IMG/VR virus record: IMGVR_UViG_3300031576_000048
Location: 1 to 58,773 of that record
Length of the DNA stretch: 58,773 nucleotides
Source: a virus
Lineage: Duplodnaviria; Caudoviricetes
Direction: 5' to 3' (one strand)
Shown here in pieces: positions 45,084-54,296 of the stretch. The notes under the pieces are model-generated. The model had not been told where the DNA came from and ran no database searches. It worked only from the letters and a program-made list of their open reading frames with translations. Both the position numbers and the translations under genes were made by a program. The first letter of the stretch is position 1. Every line of letters starts with the position of its first letter.

Positions 45084-45350
45084 TTATTCCCCGGTAATTT
45101 CTTGGTTTATCCTTTGCTGGTCGATTCGCTTGTGTATTTCCGCGATTTCGTCGTCCTCCTTCTCCCAAATCGAATCGAGCTTCTGTTTTTCCGAGTCCGG
45201 CAGCATCGTTACATGGACGGTACCGAGCCCATGCTGGTCGATAAGGACGCGTATGTCCGCTTCCGCCTCCTCCATACGCCTGCGGAAATAGCGGGAATCA
45301 AGATAAAGCGTCACGAATCTTTCGTGGAGTTCTGAACTTATCCGTCCCAT
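45084..45350 (-). CDS. Hypothetical coiled-coil protein
   Basis: Intact ORF in the tail operon. Confidence 0.45.
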   Translation of the reverse strand: MGRISSELHERFVTLYLDSRYFRRRMEEAEADIRVLIDQHGLGTVHVTMLPDSEKQKLDSIWEKEDDEIAEIHKRIDQQRINQEITGE

Positions 45351-45586
45351 TGACTTTGATTTGTCAATTTCATGCCCAATTGCACCCTGATCGCATCGCC
45401 GCACGCAGATATCTTTTTGCGAAAATCAAGCAACAAAAAATAATTCGACCGAAAAACTGCGATGTTTGTAAACAAGAAAAGCCGGTTCAAGCCCATCATT
45501 ATATGGGATATGAGAAAAAATATTGGCTTACTGTTCAATGGTTGTGCTTTCAATGTCATCGTCAGGTTCATAATCCAATGCCGTAG
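45350..45586 (+). pseudogene. HNH-type homing endonuclease fragment, antisense to the tail operon
   Basis: CDVC..VQAHHYMGY..LTVQWLCFQCHRQVH; AT-rich; no clear start. Confidence 0.65.
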
Positions 45587-46515
45587 GCCTCTCCTGTCTG
45601 AAAGCCATACCCTGACCGCGGTATCGGCCACGCCACGTTTTCCGTCCCCTTGAAGGAGACGATGAAGCCCTTGTGTCCGGGCGACTGCCCGTAGCGCGCG
45701 ACAGAGATGTCGCCCCCGTACACGCAATTGTAGTTGTATCCGGGCTTGTCCGCTCTTGGGATGAGCACGATCTTGTCGTCCCTCTCAATGTTCAATGCCG
45801 GCTCCATGTCGATCAGCGTGTCCGCGAGGATACGCGTGGAATAGTCGACGGACGCCCGGTATTTCCAGCCGAAAAATTTCGACACGATCCGGGAACGGTA
45901 GAGATTGTGCTCAAGCAGGTCCGGCGAGAACGTCTCAAGCAGCTCCTCCGAATACGGCAGATCGATCACCCAGCCATCGACCGAGAATGCCTGGCCGTTT
46001 GTCGGCTGGCCGTAGACCCACCCGTCGTCTGATATCGTGATGACGTTCAGTATGTCGTCGACGGTCTTGACCTTCGCGTACACCTCCCTGTCGGAGCTGC
46101 CCGCCGTGACGAGCCTGGAGGCGATGCGCATCCCGACCCTGACAAGCCGGAAGTCCGGCGTCTGCCTCGCCGTGCCCCCCGTGCCTCCGGTCGTGATGTC
46201 GACGTCGATTTTCGCTTCCGTCGTGCTCAGGATTTGCAGCACCGTGCGCTTGCCGTTGATATCGGGGACACTCCCGGTGTGGCCCGCGACGTTTATGCGC
46301 ATGCCGACCGTGAATGTGTTCGCGACTGACGTGACGATGCTGTCGTTCACCGTCGAGGATGAGACGATTGTGAACGACGTCCCCTCGGCCTCCGTCGCGG
46401 TTGTGACCGTGTACGTGGTCGCGCCCAGCGAGTCCCATGCGCGCTTGGCCTTGAGCACGAGTATGCGCGGCTTTCCGCTCCCCGATATGTGCTGGAACGT
46501 CGGGTTCTTGCCCAT
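45568..46515 (-). CDS. Tail tip/distal tail protein
   Basis: Synteny after the tape measure; beta-rich insert. Confidence 0.55.
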   Translation of the reverse strand: MGKNPTFQHISGSGKPRILVLKAKRAWDSLGATTYTVTTATEAEGTSFTIVSSSTVNDSIVTSVANTFTVGMRINVAGHTGSVPDINGKRTVLQILSTTEAKIDVDITTGGTGGTARQTPDFRLVRVGMRIASRLVTAGSSDREVYAKVKTVDDILNVITISDDGWVYGQPTNGQAFSVDGWVIDLPYSEELLETFSPDLLEHNLYRSRIVSKFFGWKYRASVDYSTRILADTLIDMEPALNIERDDKIVLIPRADKPGYNYNCVYGGDISVARYGQSPGHKGFIVSFKGTENVAWPIPRSGYGFQTGEAYGIGL

Positions 46516-46518
46516 GTG

Positions 46519-48333
46519 TTATATCCGTATCATTGTCAGTTCCGTCTCCTCCTCGATCAGATCGATGGCCGTGCGCTTTACCAGAAAGATCGTCCGCCCG
46601 GAGAGGCCGAGGGTTTCAGCGGCCTTCGGTACGAGTACCGTGTCGCCGACTTTCAGATTCGTCCTGTCGATTTTCAGGATCGCGCGCTCATGGCGGAATA
46701 GGAGATCGGCATACCTGTCCTGGGCCCCGTTGAACGTCAGGTCCCTGCCGAAAAAGCTGGCGATGTCGAACGCGCGGAGAGGCAGGAGGTCGCCATTCAA
46801 CGACCCTGCGGGCATGAATTGGAAAGCCGGCACGGTGTCGAAGATTTTCCCGATTGGCGGCTCCGTCCCCTCGCGTTCAAAAACGGGGGTGTTCCAGGTG
46901 CCCGTCGAATGGTTGAAGCTGATCCAGACCGAATTCGGGACTTGGCTCGTTGGCACAAGCTCCGTGATCTCATAGGCCTCGAATCTGTCACCATTGGCCG
47001 GAGGAGTTGTTGGACTTCCCTCGCCCGCCACAATCCATTGATCCACCGTGATAATGTCGATTACGTCGTCAACGCCCACAACTGTCGCGTTTTTCGATGG
47101 CGGGGCCTGCTGAGGCGAGGCAATGATGTCGCCGGGCCGTATGGCGCTCAAGTCGGCACCGGATTCTTGTATGGCTGTCGCCGTGTATGTGGCAGGCCCA
47201 CTCGAATACACGAGCCTGTCAAGGATCAGAGAAAACCTCGTGACTTCCACATTTGTGGCTGGGCTGTTCCCGGAAATTTCGGCGACGAGGACCATCCTGC
47301 CGCCCGACACTGAGCGGTAGAGCCGCCGCGCCGTCACCGCCGCGTCCGTCATTGCGGGGACCGTAATGATTGGTCCACCTCCGGTGGCCACAGTCACATC
47401 GAGGACGAATCCCGGCGCGGACTCGTCGTTTCCGACCATCGCGGTGATTACGAATCGATATAAGCCTTTGAACAGCCCGTTACCGCCCCTCTCCACGATT
47501 GTGACCAAAATCGGCGTCGGCGGACGCTCTATCGTGGACAGGACTCTCAGATGGTCGTACGGCCGCGTATTCGACCATGCCACGCTTGCCTGCGAATCCT
47601 GCACGAGTGCGCCGTCGATATTGGCAAATATCTGACTTAAGGCGGTGTTTCGCGCCACCATCCTGAGGATTGCGCCGTTATAGTCGACGTAGAACTCCGC
47701 GTTGTAGTAGAGGGCGACGCCTTCCAGGAAGTCCTTGACCGTCAATTGAGGGTCGAGCTCCCGAAAGCGTCCCTCATTTCCTATCAAGTCTATTGCCGTC
47801 CCGTCCGCCCATCCGCGTATCCGCTTCGACGCAAACACCCCAAAGTCGGCGGAATGGAGCACGGCCAAAGCGGTCGCGCTGCCGAAGCATCCGGCGTGCC
47901 TGAGCTGCCTCTCCGCGACGACTGAAAGTGTCGTGTACAGTGCCCGCTTCTCCAAATTATCGAACGGCCTCGTGACGATCTTCACCTGTCCGCATCTTTC
48001 CCACACCTCCCGGAGAAGCGAGAAGGCGTCGAAGTCGCACCATTCCTCAAGAGGATCGAACTCTATTGATTCCTTGTCGACAATTCCGTGAAAGCGGATG
48101 CCTGCGCCCTCGACGATGTACAGCCGCCACTCCACTGAGGCGGGCAGGTCCGTGCCGAAGATCGACTTCGCCAGGCCGTCGAGGTTTGAAAATCTGACAT
48201 GCACGTCATCGACAGCGCGCACGAACGCCTCGCGCTCCGTCTCCTGCGCGAGAATGATCGACGAGTCATTGTCCAGCGATCTTGTGATGTTGAACGTCGC
48301 GTTCGGGTTGAATCGGTAGATAAAAAGGTCCAT
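46519..48333 (-). CDS. Tail hub/baseplate protein
   Basis: Follows the tape measure; YRFVITA..ESAP...RRLYRS FN3-like segment. Confidence 0.6.
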   Translation of the reverse strand: MDLFIYRFNPNATFNITRSLDNDSSIILAQETEREAFVRAVDDVHVRFSNLDGLAKSIFGTDLPASVEWRLYIVEGAGIRFHGIVDKESIEFDPLEEWCDFDAFSLLREVWERCGQVKIVTRPFDNLEKRALYTTLSVVAERQLRHAGCFGSATALAVLHSADFGVFASKRIRGWADGTAIDLIGNEGRFRELDPQLTVKDFLEGVALYYNAEFYVDYNGAILRMVARNTALSQIFANIDGALVQDSQASVAWSNTRPYDHLRVLSTIERPPTPILVTIVERGGNGLFKGLYRFVITAMVGNDESAPGFVLDVTVATGGGPIITVPAMTDAAVTARRLYRSVSGGRMVLVAEISGNSPATNVEVTRFSLILDRLVYSSGPATYTATAIQESGADLSAIRPGDIIASPQQAPPSKNATVVGVDDVIDIITVDQWIVAGEGSPTTPPANGDRFEAYEITELVPTSQVPNSVWISFNHSTGTWNTPVFEREGTEPPIGKIFDTVPAFQFMPAGSLNGDLLPLRAFDIASFFGRDLTFNGAQDRYADLLFRHERAILKIDRTNLKVGDTVLVPKAAETLGLSGRTIFLVKRTAIDLIEEETELTMIRI

Positions 48334-48334
48334 G

Positions 48335-50122
48335 TTACCTCACCCCGTCCGGGAATTTCTTGTTGATGTACCTTTGCGCGCGCGGCAGTTCCTTCCTGAG
48401 GAGTTCCCGCGCCGTCGGCCCCACGAGGTTGACTTGGAGTTCGAGCGACCGCACATCGCGCCTCAATCCCTTGATTTCGCGCAAGAGCATCCCGTCGCCG
48501 AACAGCCCGGCGGTCCCCACCGTGCCGCCGTCTGTGAATTGGGTTTGCCGCGCCGGGGCGTGTTCGAGCGCCTTCCTGAGCGCCATGCCCATAGGGTATT
48601 TGTGCGTGGGCAGCACCATCTCGCCGGCGTGCGCGAGCACGAGCTTGGGCGCACCCCTCGCGCCGGGGATTCTCCCGCCCTCGTCAAAGAGGCCGATGAT
48701 CCCGATGATGCTGGCGATCGTGCCCAGGATGTCGCCGAAGCCTCCGCCCTCCTTGGATTCGAGCTTGTTGATCGATCGCACCAGGTCGGCGATGGAGTTG
48801 ACGAACTGCGATATCTTCCTGAAGAAGTTGGATGTCTCGCCGAACGCCTCAGAGAGCGCGGCGCCGAGCTTTTGCGCGCCCTGCAGGGCGCCTTCGATTT
48901 CCTCCTGCTCGGTTTTCAGGCGTTTCTCCAACTCGCGTTTCCTGATTTCGCCAATGTCTTTTTCCAATTGGACGCGGTTTGCGGCGAGTTGCTCGCGCCG
49001 CAGTGTCTCATCCTCAATCTCCTGCCGTATTCGCGTCGCCTCGGCATCATGGAGTGCCACAAGCCTTCTTTCCTCGTCGGTTATCTGCTCGGCGCGGGCG
49101 GTTGCGATCGCGACATTGAGCTCGCCGCGCTTCACGTTCGCCTCAATAATGCGCTTAATCGCCTCCGTCTCCGCTCTTTGCGCCTCGAACTGCGCGCGTG
49201 CAGTCTCCTCCGCGATCTTCTCCGCGATCTTCTTCGCTTCTCCGGGCACCAATGGTCGCCTCCCCATCGTCGGACCTGGAGCGGCAAGCTCGACGGCAAT
49301 GAGTCTTGCCTCGTCGCGCAACGCCCTTGCCCGCTCTAGTGCGTCGCTCTGTTTTGCAAGAAAGTCCTTGAGCGCGTTGTCGTCGCTTATCGCTGCCTTC
49401 CTCGCGATCTCTTGCGTTATGAAGAAATCGTCTGAGCGATTCTTGGCGAAGTCCTCCAGAATGTCTGTGCGGGTTTCCACGATCTCAAGCTCTCTGCGCA
49501 GTCTTTTCTCATCCGCTCGAATCACTTCTCCGGTTCTCTCAACCTGTTTTTGACTGATCGCCTCGAGTTTTTTGTCGAGCCCTTCAAGCGATTTCGTCGC
49601 GGTCTTGTCTGCTTCTTTCCCCAGGTCCTGGAACCATGTCACGAGCAGTGCGATCGCGCCGACGGCTATGCCGATTGGTCCGGCGAGTTTTGCGAGAGCC
49701 GCACCACTAGCACCGAGCGCCCTGCTCATGCCGAAGATCGCGAATTCCGTCGCGTTCATAGCCGTTCCGAAGGCGAGCATGGACATCGACACACGTTTGG
49801 TGTTCGCGGACATCTCGTCGCCACTTTGCACGAGAAACGCAAACGCGAACGCGAGGCCGGACAGGGCCTGCGTGCCCTCGCGTACCACGAAGTTTTGGAG
49901 CCTTTGCTCCTGTCTCCACTTGCGCAGCGCGGTCGATCCCTTCTCGATCTTCCCACTGGCATCGACGGTCTGGGTACCCAAGGCGCTGACACGATTTGTG
50001 AATTCTTCCACTGTCAGTCCGGAGGCCTTCGCCATCTTCTCGAAGCGCATCAGGGCTTGCTGCGCCTGCTTGTCGTCGATTATCAACTCTGCCGCTAATC
50101 TGCCGACGGATCCCTCAGCCAT
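48335..50122 (-). CDS. Tape measure protein
   Basis: VGRLAAELIID start; Ala-rich helical; FDEGGRIPG..AHAGEMVLP C-terminus. Confidence 0.85.
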   Translation of the reverse strand: MAEGSVGRLAAELIIDDKQAQQALMRFEKMAKASGLTVEEFTNRVSALGTQTVDASGKIEKGSTALRKWRQEQRLQNFVVREGTQALSGLAFAFAFLVQSGDEMSANTKRVSMSMLAFGTAMNATEFAIFGMSRALGASGAALAKLAGPIGIAVGAIALLVTWFQDLGKEADKTATKSLEGLDKKLEAISQKQVERTGEVIRADEKRLRRELEIVETRTDILEDFAKNRSDDFFITQEIARKAAISDDNALKDFLAKQSDALERARALRDEARLIAVELAAPGPTMGRRPLVPGEAKKIAEKIAEETARAQFEAQRAETEAIKRIIEANVKRGELNVAIATARAEQITDEERRLVALHDAEATRIRQEIEDETLRREQLAANRVQLEKDIGEIRKRELEKRLKTEQEEIEGALQGAQKLGAALSEAFGETSNFFRKISQFVNSIADLVRSINKLESKEGGGFGDILGTIASIIGIIGLFDEGGRIPGARGAPKLVLAHAGEMVLPTHKYPMGMALRKALEHAPARQTQFTDGGTVGTAGLFGDGMLLREIKGLRRDVRSLELQVNLVGPTARELLRKELPRAQRYINKKFPDGVR

Positions 50123-50747
50123 TGCTCCTGCTCCTCTTTTTCCTTGATTGTTCTGCCTTCTTCTTTTTCACGTTCGATTTGCGCCCTTGCGACGACGCTC
50201 CATTTCAAAAACTCTATCGCGGGGATTCTGGCGATGGCGTCTCTTTTTGTGATGTCACCGCCGGACGCGAGATAAAGATATTCGTCAGGAGCAGCGCGAG
50301 TTCGAGGGGCGTCATCTTCGCCATTGTGTTGCTTGATTCCGAGTCTATTTTCGAGTTCAGCCAGTTCCCTGTCCATGCAAGATTGATTAAAAAAAAATCG
50401 GTGACGACCCTGGCCAGCATGGGCGCAGGCATGTGCACGGCCACGTTTTCCTTGGTGAGTCCCCGAAGCCGTATTTTTGCCGCGTTCAACGCCCTGCCGA
50501 AAATGTTGCCGCCGGTGTCGGGTTTCAGAAGAATCGCAACGAGCCTCGGCAATACGCCCTCGACAACGAGCTCGTCCACGATCTCGCCGAACAAACGCGG
50601 GTCGGCCTGGAACTTGCCGAGTTTGCTCTTCAGCAGTTTGAACACTTCGACGAGCTCGCCGTACAGGAGTCCGCCCTGTTTCCACCGCGTCCCGCGCACC
50701 TCGTAGAATTTGCTCGGAATCGACGATCCGTTGTCGCTTATTCCCAC
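50095..50747 (-). CDS. Tail assembly chaperone G (to 50214) and -1 frameshifted GT (to 50095)
   Basis: T9 slippery run at 50389-50397 (GAT TTT TTT TTA); -1 frame encodes LASGGDITKRDAI; directly upstream of the tape measure. Confidence 0.75.
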
Positions 50748-50929
50748 GATCTCCTCCATAGCCTTATGCAAAGGGCGACCATCAAGCCGAGAAGCATCAT
50801 CGTGTCCAGAACCGCCGCGTCCGACCAATCGAAGCCCCTCGCAGGCGAGTTCATAGTCTGTTGCTCGGCGTAGTTTTTCTTCGGCAACACGGTTTCGTCG
50901 CCGTAGATTGGATTTCTGAGTTGCACCAT
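50738..50929 (-). CDS. Small single-TM protein
   Basis: SD AGGAGG; C-terminal hydrophobic helix. Confidence 0.55.
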   Translation of the reverse strand: MVQLRNPIYGDETVLPKKNYAEQQTMNSPARGFDWSDAAVLDTMMLLGLMVALCIRLWRRSWE

Positions 50930-50939
50930 TGACGCCTCC

Positions 50940-52097
50940 TCAAACTCCGTAATAGCCGCGCTCGGCCTCGAAGTGGCGCGACATGATCACGCCAATATTC
51001 GACGGCAGATTCCCCGCGCCGTAGGCATGGAAGCGAAATCCGCCGATATCCACCTGTCCGAAGTTCGTATTGTCCCTCCCCAAAAAAAGCGAGAGGGCGT
51101 TCGCGCCGCTCGTTATCGCCGCCACCGAGACCGGCGCGCCGTCCGCCACGCCGTTCAGGTATATCTGCGCGTTCCCGTTCCTGTCGACCGCCACTCCGAC
51201 CATCTTCCACACATTCACGAGCACAGTCGCCGCCGACAGCACATTCGCATTGGCTGTGCCGTCTCCGAGCTGAAACTGAATCCTGTTCCCCACCTCGCGC
51301 CACAGTCCGTAGCCAGCCGAAGTCCCCGTCGCGGTCTTCTTCGCCGCGATTTCCTGCAGGGTGGCGTTCGCCCCCTGAATGCGCACCCATACCTCGATCA
51401 CGGAATCGCCCACGCCATCGTCGTCGAGGATGTCGCCGAACGAGACCTCGTCGTTCGTGCCATCGAACCGGAGAAACCGCACGCCAGAGACGTCCTGCCA
51501 GATCGAGGCGAAATCGGCGTTCAGCGTGCCGTGCCGTTCGAACCCCGACACGTCGAGAATCTTGTTTGTGCTGACGTTCAGCGCCTCGCGGGCGTCCGTC
51601 CAGAGCGAGAGCTTCGTAGTCTCGATGATATCCGCACGCTCCACGAGATAATATTCCGGTATCGAGAACCCGAGCTGCTGGTTGAGGGTCGAGAACGCGA
51701 GCGGAAGTAGCCTCGCGCCTACCGCGTAATCGAGGGGAACATTTGGGAGTATGCGTGATTCTGGGAAGTTGAAGTATTGGAAGAACCCTGTCCCGGCGAG
51801 GCCGGAATAGCGGATGGAATACAGCTTGTCCCTGGCGTTCTTGACGAGGTCGATCTCGTCCTTGGACGACTGCATGAGTTGGGTGATGCCCTTGACCGTC
51901 CGCGTCTGCACGGGAACGTCGACGAGCACGCCCGTCTCGTCCATCTGGTCTTCGGTCCCGAAGATGTCCGAAAGGGTCGTCGATTGGTGGAATCCGACGT
52001 TGGAAAACACGGTTTCCACCGTGGGATCGGTCTGCCTTACTTGGACCGTATCGAGACCCTTGACAAATATCCGCCGCCTATTGTATGCGAGTGCCAT
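50940..52097 (-). CDS. Tail tube paralogue with a C-terminal LamG/concanavalin domain
   Basis: N-terminus shares LMQSSKDEIDL with 52168-52722; DVSGFERHGTL, RFDGTND, WKMVGVAVD..IYLNG. Confidence 0.75.
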   Translation of the reverse strand: MALAYNRRRIFVKGLDTVQVRQTDPTVETVFSNVGFHQSTTLSDIFGTEDQMDETGVLVDVPVQTRTVKGITQLMQSSKDEIDLVKNARDKLYSIRYSGLAGTGFFQYFNFPESRILPNVPLDYAVGARLLPLAFSTLNQQLGFSIPEYYLVERADIIETTKLSLWTDAREALNVSTNKILDVSGFERHGTLNADFASIWQDVSGVRFLRFDGTNDEVSFGDILDDDGVGDSVIEVWVRIQGANATLQEIAAKKTATGTSAGYGLWREVGNRIQFQLGDGTANANVLSAATVLVNVWKMVGVAVDRNGNAQIYLNGVADGAPVSVAAITSGANALSLFLGRDNTNFGQVDIGGFRFHAYGAGNLPSNIGVIMSRHFEAERGYYGV

Positions 52098-52139
52098 GTC
52101 TTATCCTAAGAATATTCCCACGCATTGTGTGTAGGCTCA

Positions 52140-52171
52140 AAGCCGCCTGCTTTTAGTTGGCGGTAGTTTAT
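52140..52171 (+). mobile_element. IS200/IS605-type end hairpin (scar)
   Basis: CCGCC-TGCTTTTAGTT-GGCGG-TAGTTTAT; compensatory base change relative to the 18414-18442 copy. Confidence 0.5.
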
Positions 52172-52722
52172 ATCGCCGCCTGTGGGACTGTCGCCGCGTC
52201 CGTCGGGGCTCCGTTAGCCGCCGCGCCCTCGGTGAGCACATAGGGAACCCATTGCGCGGTGTTGTAGGCCGCCGGGGTTCTTGTCAGCACCGTCGCCGGG
52301 GCGAGAAAGTGTATCTCAAGCGAGATGTTCCGCTCCGTCGCCGCTCCGAAGGCGATCTCTATGCCGGGCTTTATCCTGCACACCGCCGCGACGATTTCCT
52401 GGATCGTGGCGTCGTTGTTTACCGCCTTGTAGTACATCTCGTAGTAGCGGTCCTTCGCGTCCTTCATCAGGTCGATCTCGTCCTTCGACGACTGCATTAG
52501 CACGCTGGTGAACTTCACCTTCTGCGAGCCCGACTTCGCGTCGATCGCGTCTCCCTTGGAATCCTGCGATTCCACGATCCCGTGCTCATCCACGAGGATA
52601 TCGTTTTTTATGAATCCTACGCTTGCGAACGCGCCCTGCTGGGCCGTCGGGTCGATGACCCTGAGCTGCAATGTGCCCCCGCCCTTGACGTTTATAGCAC
52701 GTCTATCATAACCGAGTGGCAT
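52168..52722 (-). CDS. Major tail tube protein
   Basis: Strong SD TAAGGAG; between the tail terminator and the chaperone. Confidence 0.7.
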   Translation of the reverse strand: MPLGYDRRAINVKGGGTLQLRVIDPTAQQGAFASVGFIKNDILVDEHGIVESQDSKGDAIDAKSGSQKVKFTSVLMQSSKDEIDLMKDAKDRYYEMYYKAVNNDATIQEIVAAVCRIKPGIEIAFGAATERNISLEIHFLAPATVLTRTPAAYNTAQWVPYVLTEGAAANGAPTDAATVPQAAI

Positions 52723-52766
52723 CTTCCTGTCTCCTTAATTGTTCTACATGTTTTTTCACACAAATA

Positions 52767-53156
52767 TCAAAACGGGACGTTCGTGCCGACATACCCGAAC
52801 AGCCGCGAGTTCCTTTTCTCAACGAGTCCGCCGAGATCGTATCCGCCCCCGAACCTAAGTAGGCCGTTCAGGAATGCCACGCCGGCCGAGAACCCGACGT
52901 TGAACGCCCCCTCGGTCGACCCGCCAAGCGAAATGTGGAGCGCCGGTGCGAAGGCGTACGAACCTGTGGAGTCATGCCTCGCATACCGCACGCCGACGGC
53001 CATGTTCCGGGCGATCTCCAGCCCGATGTTGCCGCCGTCCTTCCCGTAGAATTTGACGGCTCCGACGAGAAAATCGGACCGCAACGTCCATTGCTGCGCG
53101 GAAAGAGTCCCGGCGCAAACCAGGATGATTGCCGCCAATGAAATCAGTCTCGTCAT
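52767..53156 (-). CDS. Small outer-membrane beta-barrel-like protein
   Basis: Signal peptide ending TLSA-QQ; amphipathic strands; C-terminal YVGTNVPF. Confidence 0.6.
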   Translation of the reverse strand: MTRLISLAAIILVCAGTLSAQQWTLRSDFLVGAVKFYGKDGGNIGLEIARNMAVGVRYARHDSTGSYAFAPALHISLGGSTEGAFNVGFSAGVAFLNGLLRFGGGYDLGGLVEKRNSRLFGYVGTNVPF

Positions 53157-53312
53157 TTTTCACCCTCCTTTTTTAATTGATGCAAACGAATAGTTGTCCG
53201 AGCATCCCGCTCTCGGCAACCCAGAACCAGGTCTGGAGCTCAAGCTCCTCGACGAGCATGATCTCCTGGTAGAACCATGCCTCCCTGCCCTTGACCTTGT
53301 GCCATTTGTATA

Positions 53313-53822
53313 TCAAGGCGTGTCGTCCCTCAAAACAATCCTGATCGTCATTTCGGCCCTGTGGCAGAGCATATCCCCGAACATGGTCACGCTTGAACTC
53401 AGTGTTTGCACGGGATAGCTCCTATGCACGGTCGAGGCGATCCCCAACTGGTCGAGCCAGCGAAACTTCTCCCTGACGTCATCCACGAGCTTCTGGAACA
53501 GGTATTCGCTCGGATACGTCTCGTCGTCATGAAATCCCAAGACGAGCACAATCCCCCATGTCTCGTCGATTTCGACAGCCGTGAGCACTTCGGCCTCGTC
53601 CCTGCCGCCGATGCCCGTGTCGAGTTCGGACGCGGACAGCCGCGTGAACCAGGCGACGCTGACGAGCTTCGTCGCCGCGTCATCCGGGTGCGTGATCGTG
53701 TAGCGCGATAGGAACGTCGCCCAGTCGGTCGAATGCTTCGGCTGTTCGAACACCCTGCCGATCCCCACGATTCCCCTGAGCTTGTCGCCTATCTGCGTCC
53801 GTATGCTTTCGTATGCACTCAT
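53313..53822 (-). CDS. Tail terminator/completion protein
   Basis: IRTQIGDKLRGI..FGDMLCHRAEMTI; synteny. Confidence 0.65.
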   Translation of the reverse strand: MSAYESIRTQIGDKLRGIVGIGRVFEQPKHSTDWATFLSRYTITHPDDAATKLVSVAWFTRLSASELDTGIGGRDEAEVLTAVEIDETWGIVLVLGFHDDETYPSEYLFQKLVDDVREKFRWLDQLGIASTVHRSYPVQTLSSSVTMFGDMLCHRAEMTIRIVLRDDTP

Positions 53823-53998
53823 ATGGGCTTACGCGCGCGCTTCTGGTTTGACTCACTGCTATTTTTTTGCTCTTCACAAGCCGCCTTTGGCGGCTCGCTT
53901 TTGAACCACGACCCGCCGCAGGCCGAGCACCTCATCAGTGGCGAGCACTCCGCATGCTGGATGTACTTTTCGCCGCATCCCTGGCAATAGATGACCAT
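53819..53998 (-). CDS. 59-aa zinc-ribbon protein (not in the ORF track)
   Basis: MVIYCQGC...RCSACGGSWF; fills the intergenic gap exactly. Confidence 0.5.
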   Translation of the reverse strand: MVIYCQGCGEKYIQHAECSPLMRCSACGGSWFKSEPPKAACEEQKNSSESNQKRARKPI

Positions 53999-53999
53999 G

Positions 54000-54290
54000 T
54001 CAGTCCGCGACGACTTCCACGTCGCATTCGAGCGGAATGTCCTGCAAGTCCGACGTGATTGCTCGCGCTTTCACCCGATGCGTTGTCCCGACCACTCCGC
54101 CAGTGCCGAGCATGACGATGTTCGTGCCGCTTATCATGTCGTTTGAGAGCGTATATCCGCTCGGCGACACTGATATTGTTTTCCCGGTTATTGTCTCGCC
54201 TGTCGCGAGTTTTTTCGCATAACGGAACGTGAATTTTTCCTTCGCCGAGACTCGACGGGTGATTTTCCTGACCTTGATATCCGTCGCCAT
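54000..54290 (-). CDS. Fibre-tail adaptor-like small protein
   Basis: LATGETIT...GGVVGTTHRVKARAITS motif. Confidence 0.6.
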   Translation of the reverse strand: MATDIKVRKITRRVSAKEKFTFRYAKKLATGETITGKTISVSPSGYTLSNDMISGTNIVMLGTGGVVGTTHRVKARAITSDLQDIPLECDVEVVAD

Positions 54291-54296
54291 TGTTTC

